Shown piece by piece: positions 23,111 to 35,499 of a stretch of DNA of 64,000 bases; position 1 is the stretch's first letter, and each line of letters opens with the position of its first letter. The notes beneath the pieces were generated by a model. It saw only the letters and a program-made list of their open reading frames with translations, did no database searches and was not told the origin of the DNA. The DNA is from Toensbergia leucococca (Eukaryota). Location of the stretch: the NCBI GenBank assembly GCA_022813965.1, contig JALDZS010000073.1:1-64000 (forward strand), given 5' to 3'. A program made the position numbers and the translations under genes.

Positions 23111-26100
23111 TCAATTCTGCCCTTCCCAACCAACCCATGCTCTCGGCATGACACGCCAGACCTTGACCTCTCCACTTCGCAAGTCCCCAAGTTTAAAGCT
23201 TTCTATCTTGACCTTCTTGCTCTCTCTCCCCTGCTCCCACGCTCTTACCTTCTTCTTCGTACCGTCCCAATCCACCACAACGCCTACGTGATCCGGCTTC
23301 CCAACCTCAATATTGTACTTTTGGTGCATTGGTCCACGGTGACCTTGAAACTTGGCATTGCGGAACGTTACTATGTCACCGGAACGTATCTCGTCGAAGT
23401 GCTGTACAGAAGCATTCGCAAGATTCGCATACACGAGAGCCCCATAAGCACGCGAACCGACGGGTAGTAATGCTTCAGGAAAAGATTTCATAAGGTCCAA
23501 GACCAAGGCGTGCGAAGTACCGTCATCTACAACAGTGTTCTGTTTTGCATTGGCACCCTCAGCAATACTTGTTCCAAACCTACTATGAGCATCCTCAAGT
23601 TGGTCTTGACGTAAACGCACTGGTGGAGGCTCGTGACGCTGCTCTAGGCTTGCATCAGCAGGATCCTTCGTTTCAAAGTTGACTGTGACCACGGTCTGCG
23701 AATAATCCATGTATAAGGCATATACATCCTTTGTGATAGTCTTGCGGCCACCTCGTCTTGTTGTACTGGATTCTTCGATCTCGAATACAATATCTCGACG
23801 ATTTTGGAAAACAGGCGGGGGAACATTCGGATGCGCCCACCACTGACTGCTATGACCTAAATCAACATCGCTTGCAATAAAACCTTGCTCGCCCGAGGGT
23901 CTGGGTGCATCCATCGACCTCCTGGTATTGGTGTTCGCCCGCTGCACGTCTAGGGACTGCCGTGGCATAGATTTACTTGAAGTGAACGCAGTAGGTGGCG
24001 AGGTATATGGTGACGGATTTTGGCTCGAGTGCAACGGCATTGCATTCTGGGGTGAGGAAGCCGCATATAGATCATCCTCCTGATCTTCAACGTTTGGCGT
24101 TCTTGGGAGTTCTCTGCCATGACCTTCGTAACCCACGGAGAGGCCACGCTTGGGCAACGGTCGTTCGTATGGCTCATCCTCGTCATCTTCAACAACTTCT
24201 CTGGGTGGTGGTGGAGGAGGAGGTGCTGCTCTGGGCATGTCTCCGGATTGTCGATTATTCTTTGGAGGTTGATTTGGAGGTGGAGGTGGAGGTGGAAGAG
24301 CACGTGAAGCGCCTCCTGCAGACGATAGAGGAGGGCCAAGAGATGGTAAAGCCGAATGATGTAATGAGGCTTCATCAGTCAGTGAGCCTTCTTCAAGACT
24401 TGATACTCGGCCATGTGATTTGAGAGCTTCTGGGTGAGTTGCGCCAGGTGCCATGTCTGTGTCATAGTCACCTTCATATTCAGTTACTTCCTCATCGCTA
24501 TCGTCCTCTGCCAATCGGTTAGGTGCGGTAAGTAATCCCTTGCTGTCTCCTGTTCCGGTTCTACTTGGTGGCGCATTTGTGGGAGGCGGTGGCGGAGGAG
24601 CTCTATTTTGGGGTGTAAATGCAATAGCAGGGCTTGACCCTGGAATAGGAGGCACACGACTGGATCTCTTAGGGGCGCTCCCAGGAGTTGTTGGAACCGT
24701 GGGAGAGGAATCTTTTGGCCCGTAATGTGGGCTTGAGGGTTCGTAATCCGACGTACGTGTTTGTGGACCTTGGGGTCTATTGACTAAAGACGGGACCGGA
24801 GCATTGGAAGGCATGGGCGGTAGGTTATCACGATCAGCCTGCCGAGAACTATTGGATTCAGGAACTTTCACGGATAGACGGCGGGTGTGTTGCGACATCT
24901 CGTCGTCAGACTCCGAACCTGGGCTCGGCGACATTGGCATCGTCGGAGTACGTGGCACAGTTCGAACTGTTTGAAACATTAGCAGAGTCGCTGCACATTT
25001 ACAATGCTGGGAACCTACACTCAGCAGGGGGAGGTGGGACAGGACGCTCGTTCGGCACCGGTGGAGGAGCTCCCCTTACGCTGGTAGGTGGTGCTGGCGC
25101 AGGACGATCTATTGACATATGAGTATGAAGTCCGACTTTCATCTATTTCTCTTAGATGGGACTCTCAAATACCTTGAGGCACGTGAGGCGGCGCTCCGTG
25201 TTCCATTGATCTCCTTGGCATTGGCAGACGATACTTATCCACATTTTCAACTTCCGGCACATCCCCCGGTTTTCGTCCTTGAGTGATTGACCTTGGAGGG
25301 ACTTGTGCTTCTTTGCCGACTTCTAATGGATTGGGTTCCTCTTCTGGGCTACCAAATTTCTGCATACCTGGCATAGGAATCATGGGCACGGGTGGAGCGC
25401 GGGACACAGGAGAATCGGTCATACCAGATCCACGGCTACCAGAGGCTTTCCTCTCGCTGGTGCCGCCAGGGGCCGGCTTTTGCTTCTTTGATGCCGTTTG
25501 TGGTACACCACCAGGAGGACCAAACATTCCAGCCATGCCCATTCCGCCACTCATTTTAGCCATACGTTCGCGAAGCTCCATCTTTCTTTTATACTCGGGA
25601 TCTACATCTTCTTCCTCCTCATCTTCGTCCTCTTCTACGTCTTCCTCTTCGTTTCCAACAGCAGTCTCTTGGGGATGAGCTTGTGCGGCTCGCTGAGATA
25701 TAGAGGGTGCTTGGCCTCGAGGCTTCTCATCACTATCATCCCGGCCTGTAGATACATCCTCTTCCGTATCTCCTGCACCGGACTGATCAGCATCGTTTCC
25801 ATCACTTAAGATGTCTTTGGGAGCTCCAGCAGGGCTTGAAACTAATGCGAGCTCATTTGGTTCTCGCGGTCTTGTGGTCGAAATGACTCGAGGCTGGACG
25901 TCATCGTGAGCAGTGTCTATCGAGTGCTTTCCCAAAGTCTCGGCACTGTCCAGTCTTTCTAGCGCTTCGCCTTCAGTATTTACCTCTAGATCCCCGACAA
26001 CTTCGTGAGACTCCACTTGCTTTTTTGGTGGTCGCTTCAGCTTCTCTTTCTTCTGTGCGCCTTCTGCATGTCTGGCTGCTTGCTCCATTTGCTGTTTCTG

Positions 26101-26955
26101 AAGCAATGCAATTCTATCTTTTAGACTTGTTGGTTTCGGCTGATCTTCGTCGATTTCAGCTGAAGCTGTCGGTGCAGGAAGGTTTGGATGCTCCTCGGTT
26201 TCAGCATCATTTGACGTCTGAGCCACAACCTCCGGGTCTTCCTCTCTTCGATAGGCTTTCTGCGGTGGAGGCTCACGAATTGGGGCAACGTAAGCATTTT
26301 TGCTCGGAGGTAGCGCGACGAATGGTTTTTTGACGAAACCAGAGTCACCAGATATTCCTAAGCCGCTGGGTTTGATTGGTGCTACAGGGGGCGCTTTTGG
26401 TTTGTTGAAAGCCGCAATACGATCTCGGAACGATCCGCCTGTAGTTTTCTCGGGGTCAGCCGAGTCGGTTGGCTTTGGAGGAGCTGCAGGTGCTGGCTTG
26501 CTTGCAGCCTTTGTTGGCGGAGGAGCAGATGCTATCATAGGAGACTTAGGATCAGGATTTAGGCTCGACTGTTCTTCTACCTTAGCTTGGCCGGATTGCT
26601 CAACGGTTGAAGCGGAAGATGGCAAAGTATTGGTTTGAGGTATTATAGTTCCAGCCTCATCGTTCTCGGGCATGGCTCCGGCATCATCTACAACCGCAGC
26701 AGGCTCCATATCTTTCTTCGATCGACTGGCTCTAGATGGTCGTGGTGGCGTCTCCGGCTCATATATTTTGACGAAGTTCCTCGGAAACAAGCCTTCATGT
26801 TTGCCTCCTACTGAGTCCAAGTATTCCCCGTAATACCAGTCTGCATCTTCTTCATCAGTTACATTGATGATCTGTCCAATAGGAAAGCTGAGGTCATCGT
26901 CATGAGGAGAAGAGTAGTCATAGACTGCCTTGACCCGGAATGGAGGAGCAACCAT
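23111..26955 (-). CDS. BBC1: SH3-domain myosin tail region-interacting protein (Bbc1/Mti1)
   Basis: N-terminal SH3 (FRVKAVYDY...DDLSF...WYYG...GLFPRNFV), SFRDRIAAF, SLKDRIALLQ, LRERMAKMSGG, a Pro-rich middle and a conserved C-terminal domain (YMDYSQT...DLRSGEVKVWRV). Two short introns lie near 25.0-25.2 kb. Confidence 0.88.
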
Positions 26956-27539
26956 GTCTAGAGCTTTGAGTGGTAGTGAGCTGGCCGGGCTCAAACAGTT
27001 TTCTATAAGCAGTCTTCAGGAATACGCTGCTGCCAAAAGCCCTGATCGGTGAATTCTATGGCAAGATGGCCGCTGTTAGAGTGTCGAAAGACATAGAGTG
27101 GAGATATTCAGGGGCCTACGTCAATTTTGGGAGTAGAAACCCTCTCTGCGGGCCACGTGCAACAAAGTTCCCAAATGGGTCAGGCCACGAGTCAGGTAAT
27201 CATCGTTGTTTGGAACGCGGAAAAGCGTTGGTAAGCTTGTCCAAGAATAAGGTATGTTAACTTGAGTTAATGTGAGGTCTCTTCAGATTCTCTACGGTTG
27301 GCTGCGGGGGTGTGCTACTACGGAGGCCGCAATTCAGTTGCAATCACGCACTTTGTTATCCATGAACTCCGCAGTGCCGGTCGTTACTTTGTTTTCACCC
27401 GTACGGATACTTACGGTCATACATAGAGCAATGCATGAGTCTTTCTGATAAGTCAATTTCTAGGGTACCACCCAGAGTCCTAGTCGTATTGCATTTCAGC
27501 CTTTCCTCGCTGTACTAGAACATTTGACAGCAGTTCGAC

Positions 27540-28439
27540 ATGCTAAAATCAATTCTTAAAAAGTCCAATGGCTATGCCTTGAGTAACACCTCACCTCCAT
27601 CTCTTCTGTCTCGCGAAGACCGCAACCGAGAGACTGCTTTGTACCATGCGAATCTCATTCAACAACGCAAAGATGTAGAAACTCTCATCCTCTCATCAAC
27701 AGAGACTCTTCTCGATTTTCCTTCTTCCACTATCTCAGACCCAGCTCACCCTTCTCCAGAGGATGCAGATATGGTCAAGGCCATGTTGAAGCCTTTTCAG
27801 CCATCGGATTACGATTCATTGATAGAAGAACGGAACATTGATCACAAATGCGGCTATGTACTCTGTTCCCGTCAGTGCAGGCACGAGAACACGAACGCCA
27901 AATTCAGGATAATCCAAGGCATAGGCCAAGGATCTGAATTACTGAAAGTTGTGGAGAAAGGGAAATTAGAGCAATGGTGCTCAGTAGAATGCGGTAAGAG
28001 GGCATTATTCCTCAGGGTACAGTTAAGCGAAGTACCTGCCTGGACTAGGACTTCATTTGCGGATGGGGCCATTATGCTACTGGAGGAAGAGGACGACGCT
28101 CAGAAGGAAACCACAGATATGGTTAGAAGAATGCAGGGCATAAATTTCAATATAGAGGAAAGAAACACTAGCAGTGATTTGCAAGATCTCGCCATTGAAA
28201 GGGGTGAAAGAGTTAGTCCAGGCAGTTCATCAGACCTGATTGAGGCGACCATCCGTGAGAATAATTGTACTGTTGGCAGGACCACTGTTCACCTAGACTC
28301 AACTAGCGAGCTGTCCCATTCAACGAATGTTTATGACTTTGTTGAAGGCTATAGAGCACAGGTATCTGACCCCAGGGGGAGGCATAAGCTTGCAGAGGAT
28401 GAAGAGGACGAGAGTCAGGATATGATGCGAACTATATGA
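27540..28439 (+). CDS. RTR1: RNA polymerase II CTD phosphatase Rtr1/RPAP2 homologue
   Basis: FQPSDYDSLIEERNIDHKCGYVLC...WCSVEC zinc motif. Single exon. Confidence 0.85.
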   Translation: MLKSILKKSNGYALSNTSPPSLLSREDRNRETALYHANLIQQRKDVETLILSSTETLLDFPSSTISDPAHPSPEDADMVKAMLKPFQPSDYDSLIEERNIDHKCGYVLCSRQCRHENTNAKFRIIQGIGQGSELLKVVEKGKLEQWCSVECGKRALFLRVQLSEVPAWTRTSFADGAIMLLEEEDDAQKETTDMVRRMQGINFNIEERNTSSDLQDLAIERGERVSPGSSSDLIEATIRENNCTVGRTTVHLDSTSELSHSTNVYDFVEGYRAQVSDPRGRHKLAEDEEDESQDMMRTI

Positions 28440-28946
28440 TTTGCCTTTCAGAGGCATCCTTGTGCATTCGGTGGCATCTAAATGTACTCGAGGCGAAAGG
28501 GGAACGAGATACCCAATTGAATGATTTTAAATAGAATACACGTCTTCAGGCACGACGAGCCGCTCAACAAGTACCTTGCTTGATAAGATTATAGAAAGGG
28601 TTGTGTGTATTGCTCTAGATAGTATATCAACACCTCCTGGTCTTCAAGATATATGCTTTCTTCCTTTCCCTCATGAAAAAAATATCAATTTAGCTCTTCA
28701 TAATCGTGAGAACTGCGGAGAGCAATCATGACAAGGGCTTCAAGGTCTGTTAGCAGCATTAAGATTTTCACATAGACAGAGAGAGCACTTGGCAATCAAG
28801 CCTTGCAATCGTGAGAAAGCTTGGCGACACCTGATTTCATAGACAAATTTCATTCAATCTAGCTCACCAGCATCTCAGGAGAAGAAAGCACAATACCAAC
28901 GGCCGGTTTCCCTTGCCAATAGTTCGTCTGATAATCCGCGGAGGCC

Positions 28947-29626
28947 CTACGTCCTTGGTGGCCTACCCTCAAATCTCCTTGGGCGCTCCGCAACTTGCTG
29001 CTGACTCACAGCGACAACATTGACTGGAATTGAATCGAACTACAACAATCACAAAGAGTCAGTCTTTACATTCTCACAACACGATCGGTTGTCACATAAC
29101 AGAGTCGGGAGGATAAATGTACCCCGAGGCTCTTCAACAGGTCCTTCGTTTCCCCGTCGACGTCTAGCTGTCCACTTTCCGAATTCTGCGTGAAGTCCAA
29201 GGCCGAAATTTCGGGCACATATTGATCCTTCCGCTCACGTTCCTCTTCTTGTAGCTTGAAAGAAATACCTCGGACTGGACCACGCTGGATACGTTTCATA
29301 AGATGAGTGGTGTAGCCGGCAATCTATTGAACGAAAGAAAATGAGCTGTCAAGCTAAGATGTAGAGTAGCACGCACGAAATTGGAGCATTTTCTTCAGGA
29401 CACGAAAGGAGAGGGCCGACCTTGTTACGAAGTCGCTTTGAGGCTATGATAGCGATCTCATCGCATATCCTCTTATTTGTTTCGAAGTCGAGCGTGAGCT
29501 TAGGGTAATAACGTTCGATGATAACTTTGGCGGACTTCTTGACAGTCTTAGAAATGTCAGAAACGATTCATCATTATTAAATGTCCTAGTAGTTGCACGG
29601 TTTACCTTTGTGCGAACTCGCCCCAT
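28947..29626 (-). CDS. RPS17: 40S ribosomal protein S17 (eS17)
   Basis: Spliced [82 protein letters not shown]... The last exon FDSIPVNV ends at TAG 28949-28947. Confidence 0.97.
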
Positions 29627-29872
29627 GATTGCAGTGCTGGTTGTTGAAGTTTTGTGTGTGCGCAAAGTACAAAGTTGTTGCTGCGAGTGATTCTCAATTG
29701 TGCGCCGCTCCACCGTAGGCGAGCACGTGATGAATTGAAACCTAAAATACGGATTAAATATTACGTGCCCCCTGCTCAAGCTCATCTACACGCAATAGGG
29801 TGTACGAGTAGGAATTTAGGAACTTTTATCGGGTGTCTACTCTATTATTCTTCTCAGAAGTCTATTAGTCTA

Positions 29873-31345
29873 TTAATCTACTCGAAATAAATTCCCACCC
29901 TTGCTTGATGCTGGTCGTTCCTGTGGTAAGTGGTGTATCATTTTGACGATCTCAGAGTCATCCCCAGACAGGGTCTTCTCATCTACACTAGAAAGAGAAC
30001 GAGCCTTGATACCGCCGTCTACCCCACTAGTATCCTCAAGTCCATAACCTTGCCCTGTTTGAAAGGGGCGGGGTGGAACGGACGAGGGGAAATTTCGGTT
30101 TTTCTTACCAAACACGTCTGGCTGATCTTCTGCTTGATTTAAATGAACCGCCAGTGCGTTCACGTCAGCCGGCTCCAACTTCAAATTGATTCTGCCTTGT
30201 GGGTCGATGCTTGCGTGTGCTGGATGAACCCAAGTCTTCGCCCCACCGGGCACATCAGAATTAATCTTTGTCACCCCTTGCGACGGTTTCTTGAGATCCC
30301 ACGTGTAAGACACTGTGTCTTCACACACAACTCCAGCCACACCGATCAAACCTCGAGGATTTCGTAGATTTCCTACGCTTGCTATTGACTGATGCACTAT
30401 TACCCTCCCTTGAATTGGTCGTGTGCCTTCCAGCGGACCAAGCATAGGGTGATTTGAGATGTGGGAAGCCGTACGAAGGTATGTTAAGCCTGCTGAAGGA
30501 TGAGTCTTTGGTGGCGGTTGCTCGACGTATGAGGGTGCGAAGGATGAGCTGCCATTTGATATTTGCACACGTTTCACAGTGGGGATGTCGAAGAATTGCT
30601 CAATAAGTATGTGCAATTGCGATTCGTTATGTCGAAGATTTTTGATGTGCGCCTCGAAGTCCTGATCAGTAATTTTTGAAGGGCTTGGCTCAATGTCTAG
30701 ACCGCGTTCCGTAGCAACCCGCTTCTGGTCTGCCAGCCTTTGCTCTGCAAGCTTCTCATGAAGGAATCGTCGAAATTCAGATTTCCGACGTTTCACCCTT
30801 TTTCCCACAAATTCTTGAAACTCTCCCTCAGACTTGCCAGGTAACCAAGGTCCTTTAAATTTCCAACGTCCAGCGCCAGCATCACCATTTCCAGTCTCAG
30901 TATTGTCGTTATGCGACTCAAAAACACTGTCTAGCTTCAACCTTCCCATGAGACTTCCCGTAGCCGTAGTTCGCGTCGGCCCTGACATCGAAATAGGCAG
31001 CTCCATTTCTTGCCATTTCTGAAGGGTGAGCGTGTGGTCGGCAGCAGAGTCATAATTTGTGATGTGATCTATTGAATCTATGGCATTGATTCGGATCATA
31101 GGTGTCGAGGTAGCTGTTGTAGATTTTAGAGGTAGAGGACGCTTAAGTCCCCAATCACCTCGAGAGAGGGATGACTGGGTTGTCTCGATGGCTGCATGAG
31201 TAGGGTAAGGGAGAGTGGCCGTGTCGGAGAAGAAAATCGCAGTTGAGGTGATATCTGAGGATGGCCTAGGCAGAGGAGGAGGTAAAGCAAACAGTCTGGA
31301 ATTTCGAAGCAAGTTGGCGGTAGGCGACAGCCGTGTCGCTGCCAT
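29873..31345 (-). CDS. MRP51: Mitochondrial small-subunit ribosomal protein Mrp51 (bS1m)
   Basis: ANLLRNSRLFALP, YPTHAAIET...RGDWGLKRPLP, KWQEM and THPSAGLTYL. Confidence 0.85.
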   Translation of the reverse strand: MAATRLSPTANLLRNSRLFALPPPLPRPSSDITSTAIFFSDTATLPYPTHAAIETTQSSLSRGDWGLKRPLPLKSTTATSTPMIRINAIDSIDHITNYDSAADHTLTLQKWQEMELPISMSGPTRTTATGSLMGRLKLDSVFESHNDNTETGNGDAGAGRWKFKGPWLPGKSEGEFQEFVGKRVKRRKSEFRRFLHEKLAEQRLADQKRVATERGLDIEPSPSKITDQDFEAHIKNLRHNESQLHILIEQFFDIPTVKRVQISNGSSSFAPSYVEQPPPKTHPSAGLTYLRTASHISNHPMLGPLEGTRPIQGRVIVHQSIASVGNLRNPRGLIGVAGVVCEDTVSYTWDLKKPSQGVTKINSDVPGGAKTWVHPAHASIDPQGRINLKLEPADVNALAVHLNQAEDQPDVFGKKNRNFPSSVPPRPFQTGQGYGLEDTSGVDGGIKARSLSSVDEKTLSGDDSEIVKMIHHLPQERPASSKGGNLFRVD

Positions 31346-31572
31346 ATACCCTGAGCACCCGAATGGGACAAGGAGGTTACGCGAGAATGGGTTGTATGAA
31401 GCTTCTCGCCCGAGACTCTTCAGGGATCAGATTGTTGCTTAGAATACGGATACTAGTATTTTCTTCTATCCGTAATCCGTAATCTTTGTGACTCTCCGTA
31501 ATTGTTGGAGTAGTATTCTAGCGAGGTAGCTTAGTCATTAGGTTGGCGTGCTGTGGTCCGGCCGACCATTTT

Positions 31573-31599
31573 GTAAACACAGTTGTAAACAAAGCGCGT
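31573..31599 (+). promoter_or_regulatory. Tandem forkhead sites (GTAAACA x2) plus an MCB-like CGCGT upstream of chitin synthase
   Basis: GTAAACA at 31573 and 31585, and CGCGT at 31595, about 160-180 bp upstream of the ATG at 31757. Confidence 0.45.
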
Positions 31600-31756
31600 C
31601 GTCCAATGATAACAGCACTTGTATCTTACTTTAGAATAGAACCTCTACCAAATGGATCTTTGCCACGCCTACTGATTAGGAGAGACACTGTCTTACTGTC
31701 ATTGTTTTCATGTTCGTTGCTTTTGGTGCATTCTTCCACATATATTAATCCCAGAC

Positions 31757-34700
31757 ATGGATCGACCTTCGACTCCGTCAGGTGCCCCTCCTCACTACTC
31801 CGGAGCTCCTCCATCATACTTCGACACTCCCAACGAGCACACACCCACAAATCAACCGAACAATGGCTCTTCAATGCGCTTGTTGACTTCTGTGGACAAT
31901 GAGCATCGTCCGTACGTTTCCCCTACCAAACCCAAAGATGCACGGACTACTCCGAAACGGAAACCTGTGAGGCCAGGGACAGAGGCATATGACTCCTGCG
32001 ATTCAAAAGGCATGACCCGGCCGAATCAGGAAGACGCCAGTTCTACATCCTCCCAATGGTCTTCATCTGCCCATGTTGGTAAATCCCAAGACTTCAAAGT
32101 ACCCAAGAGCCGTGCTCAAGCCCGTTTCATTCTCAAAGGCCGAAGCTCACCCTCAAGCAAACGTAGCCCAGTATCTCCCCAAAGATCGTACCATCCGTCC
32201 ACCACCTCCCTTCCTCGATCGCGATCACCATCGATACTAGACAATGCCCCGATTATTCCCCCACCAACGACGGATGCTCCGCCGTATATACCATATGTCT
32301 CCGGCACAGCCTCCCCTACGAGATCCTGGTCGCCATCAAGGCATTCCTCCGACTCTTTTCGACCCCCGCCATCGAACATCTCTTACGAACCAGTAGACAT
32401 CAATGGAAGTCCTCGCCCAGGGTCGCCATCCTCGAAATACGGCAGTAGCTCTAGGCGTCCTTTGCCTCCGGCGCCGTTATTCTCAGGCCCCCAAACATGC
32501 AACCATATCTTTGGTGATGCCGTAGAAACAACAATCCCGCTGGATGATGACGGAGACGATGTCTTTGGACTGCCAAGTGTTGATCCTCGATCAAGTCTCA
32601 AGTCGGCCAATTCATATCACTCTCAGTCTACCTTCACGGAAGAATACTACCCCAAGGAGGACTACGACCAGTATGCCCCTGCACCAACTGGCCAACAAGA
32701 GCGAAGACGTGGAGCCAGACAGGCGCAAATGGCAAAGAAGGAAGTACGATTGATCAATGGCGAGCTTATACTTGAGTGTAAGATACCCACGATACTGTAT
32801 AGTTTCCTCCCTAGGAGAGACGAGATTGAATTCACGCATATGCGCTACACCGCAGTCACTTGTGATCCGGATGACTTTGCTTTGAAAGGCTACAAATTGA
32901 GGCAGAACATTGGAAACACAGAAAGAGAGACAGAGCTTTTTATATGTGTAACGATGTACAACGAGAATGAAATCGATTTCACTCGGACAATGCATGGTGT
33001 AATGAGAAACATCTCGCACTTCTGTTCTCGCTCAAAGTCAAGGACGTGGGGAAAAGATGGATGGCAGAAGATTGTGGTATGCATTGTTTCTGACGGAAGA
33101 AGGAAGGTACACCCAAGAACTTTGGACGCTCTGGCTGCTATGGGTATATACCAAGACGGGATTGCCAAGAATTTGGTCAATCAAAGAGAAGTTACTGCTC
33201 ATGTTTATGAATACACCACCCAGGTTTCTTTGGATCCAGATCTGAAATTTAAGGGAGCAGAGAAAGGTATCGTGCCGTGCCAGATGATATTTTGCTTGAA
33301 GGAAAAGAACCAGAAAAAACTCAACTCCCATCGGTGGTTCTTCAATGCTTTCGGGAAAGCGCTGAACCCAAATATTTGTATTCTACTAGACGTAGGTACG
33401 AAGCCAGGACCGACGTCTTTGTACCATCTCTGGAAAGCATTTGATAATGACTCGAACGTTGCTGGTGCTTGTGGAGAAATCAAAGCTGGAAAGGGCAAGG
33501 GCTGGCTGGGATTGCTAAATCCTTTGGTGGCTTCCCAGAATTTCGAATACAAAATGTCCAACATCCTCGATAAGCCCTTAGAGTCTGTTTTTGGCTACAT
33601 TACCGTTCTACCTGGAGCCCTGAGTGCGTATAGATATTATGCTTTGCAAAACGACACAACCGGGCATGGTCCTCTGAGTCAATATTTCAAAGGCGAGACG
33701 CTACACGGTCAGAACGCCGATGTCTTTACGGCAAACATGTATCTCGCTGAAGATCGAATTCTCTGTTGGGAGCTGGTGGCAAAGAGAGACGAGCGATGGG
33801 TGTTGAAATATGTCAAGAGTGCGACGGGAGAAACGGATGTCCCAGGTAATCACACTCCAAGCTTGAAAGGGATATAGCTAAGCAACTATCGTAGATGCTG
33901 TGCCTGAATTCATCTCACAACGACGGAGATGGCTCAATGGTGCTTTTTTTGCGGCAGTCTACTCTCTCATACATTTCAAGCAGATTTGGACGACCGATCA
34001 CACCCTTGTAAGAAAGATACTGCTGCATGTGGAATTCGTATATCAGTTTGTCAGCTTGTTATTTACATATTTCTCTTTAGTTAGTTCTGCCTCCATGAAA
34101 CCTGAATGTTCGCTAATTGACAGTAGGCCAACTTCTACCTCACGTTCTACTTCATTGCAGGATCGCTATCAGATCCAAAACTAGATCCTTTTGGACATAA
34201 TATAGGACTATACATATTTGTCATACTCCGGTTCACCTGCGTACTGTTGATATGCACACAGTTTATTTTGTCCATGGGCAACCGTCCCCAGGGGTATGTT
34301 GTGTCTCAAGTTTGCCATCCCTCAAAACTTGCTAAATTGCATCCAGAGCCAAGAAAATGTTCATGTCAAGTATGATAATCTACTCCATAATCATGGCCTA
34401 TACCACCTTCGCATCCATGTACATCGTGATCGTGCAGCTCAAAAACCCCCTTACCTCCTTCAAGCTCGGCAACAACATTTTCACCAACCTAATTGTATCC
34501 ACCGGCTCAACCCTTGGCGTCTACTTCCTCATGTCCTTCCTGTACCTTGATCCCTGGCATATGTTCACCTCGAGCGCGCAATACTTTGCCCTCCTCCCCT
34601 CCTACATCTGCACCCTGCAAGTCTACGCTTTCTGCAACACCCACGACGTCACCTGGGGCACCAAAGGTGACAATGTCATCCACACTGATCTCGGTGCCGC

Positions 34701-35190
34701 CGTCTCCGGCAAAGGCAATACCGTCGAGCTCGAAATGCCAAGCGAGCAACTCGACATCGACTCTGGCTACGACGAAGCTCTGCGGAATCTCCGCGACAGG
34801 CTCGAAGTCCCCAAGGACACCGTCAGCGAAGCCCAGCAGCAGGAAGACTATTACCGTGCTGTACGCACTTACATGGTCGTCTCGTGGATGGTCGCCAACG
34901 CCGTCCTGGCCATGGCCGTCAGTGAAGCTTACAACAGCACTCACGTCAGCAAAAACTTCTACCTCAAGTTTATCCTCTGGTCCGTCGCAGCTGTGGCCCT
35001 GTTCCGCGCAATCGGTAGCAGCGCTTTCGGTATCATCAATATTATACATTCCATTGCTGAGGGCAGGATGAAGATGAGCTTGGGGAAGGTCAAGGTGCCG
35101 GATTGGGTCAGCGATACGGGGAGTAAGGTCAGCAGCAAATTCAGCTTTTTTGGAACCAGTAGTCTCCGGAGTAGTATTGGGAAGGGCTAG
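31757..35190 (+). CDS. Chitin synthase, division 1, class II
   Basis: [71 protein letters not shown] and HDVTWGTKG. There are at least three introns in the 3' half. Class II is inferred from [14 protein letters not shown]. Confidence 0.95.
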
Positions 35191-35499
35191 ATGCCAAAAA
35201 GGAGAAAGGGGTTTTATTTGGAAAAGTTTCTAGGAGTCTTTTGGGTGATTTGATTGTTTGCAATTGATTGGATTCGTCTGTATGGAAGGATAAGGGCTGC
35301 ATGTGGGGCCTGGATATCGTACTATTCTGTTGGTGAATTGTGGGCCTTTCCAACCGGCATATTCTGGGGTTCTTGGCTGTGAGAACTGCGAGCCATCGGT
35401 GTATCCATGATGAGGTTATTCGGAATATCGTCCCGTGGTGACTCTGTCTTCCTTCTCGAGAAAGAAAAGTGATTCGCTTCTTTGGTGACGGCTATGCTC

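Noticed and set aside
34493..35071. Long alternative-frame and antisense ORFs over the last CHS exon (similar ones overlap AAT2, UbiA and SMP-30)
   Set aside because: These are shadow ORFs explained by C-rich third-codon positions, with no recognisable motifs.
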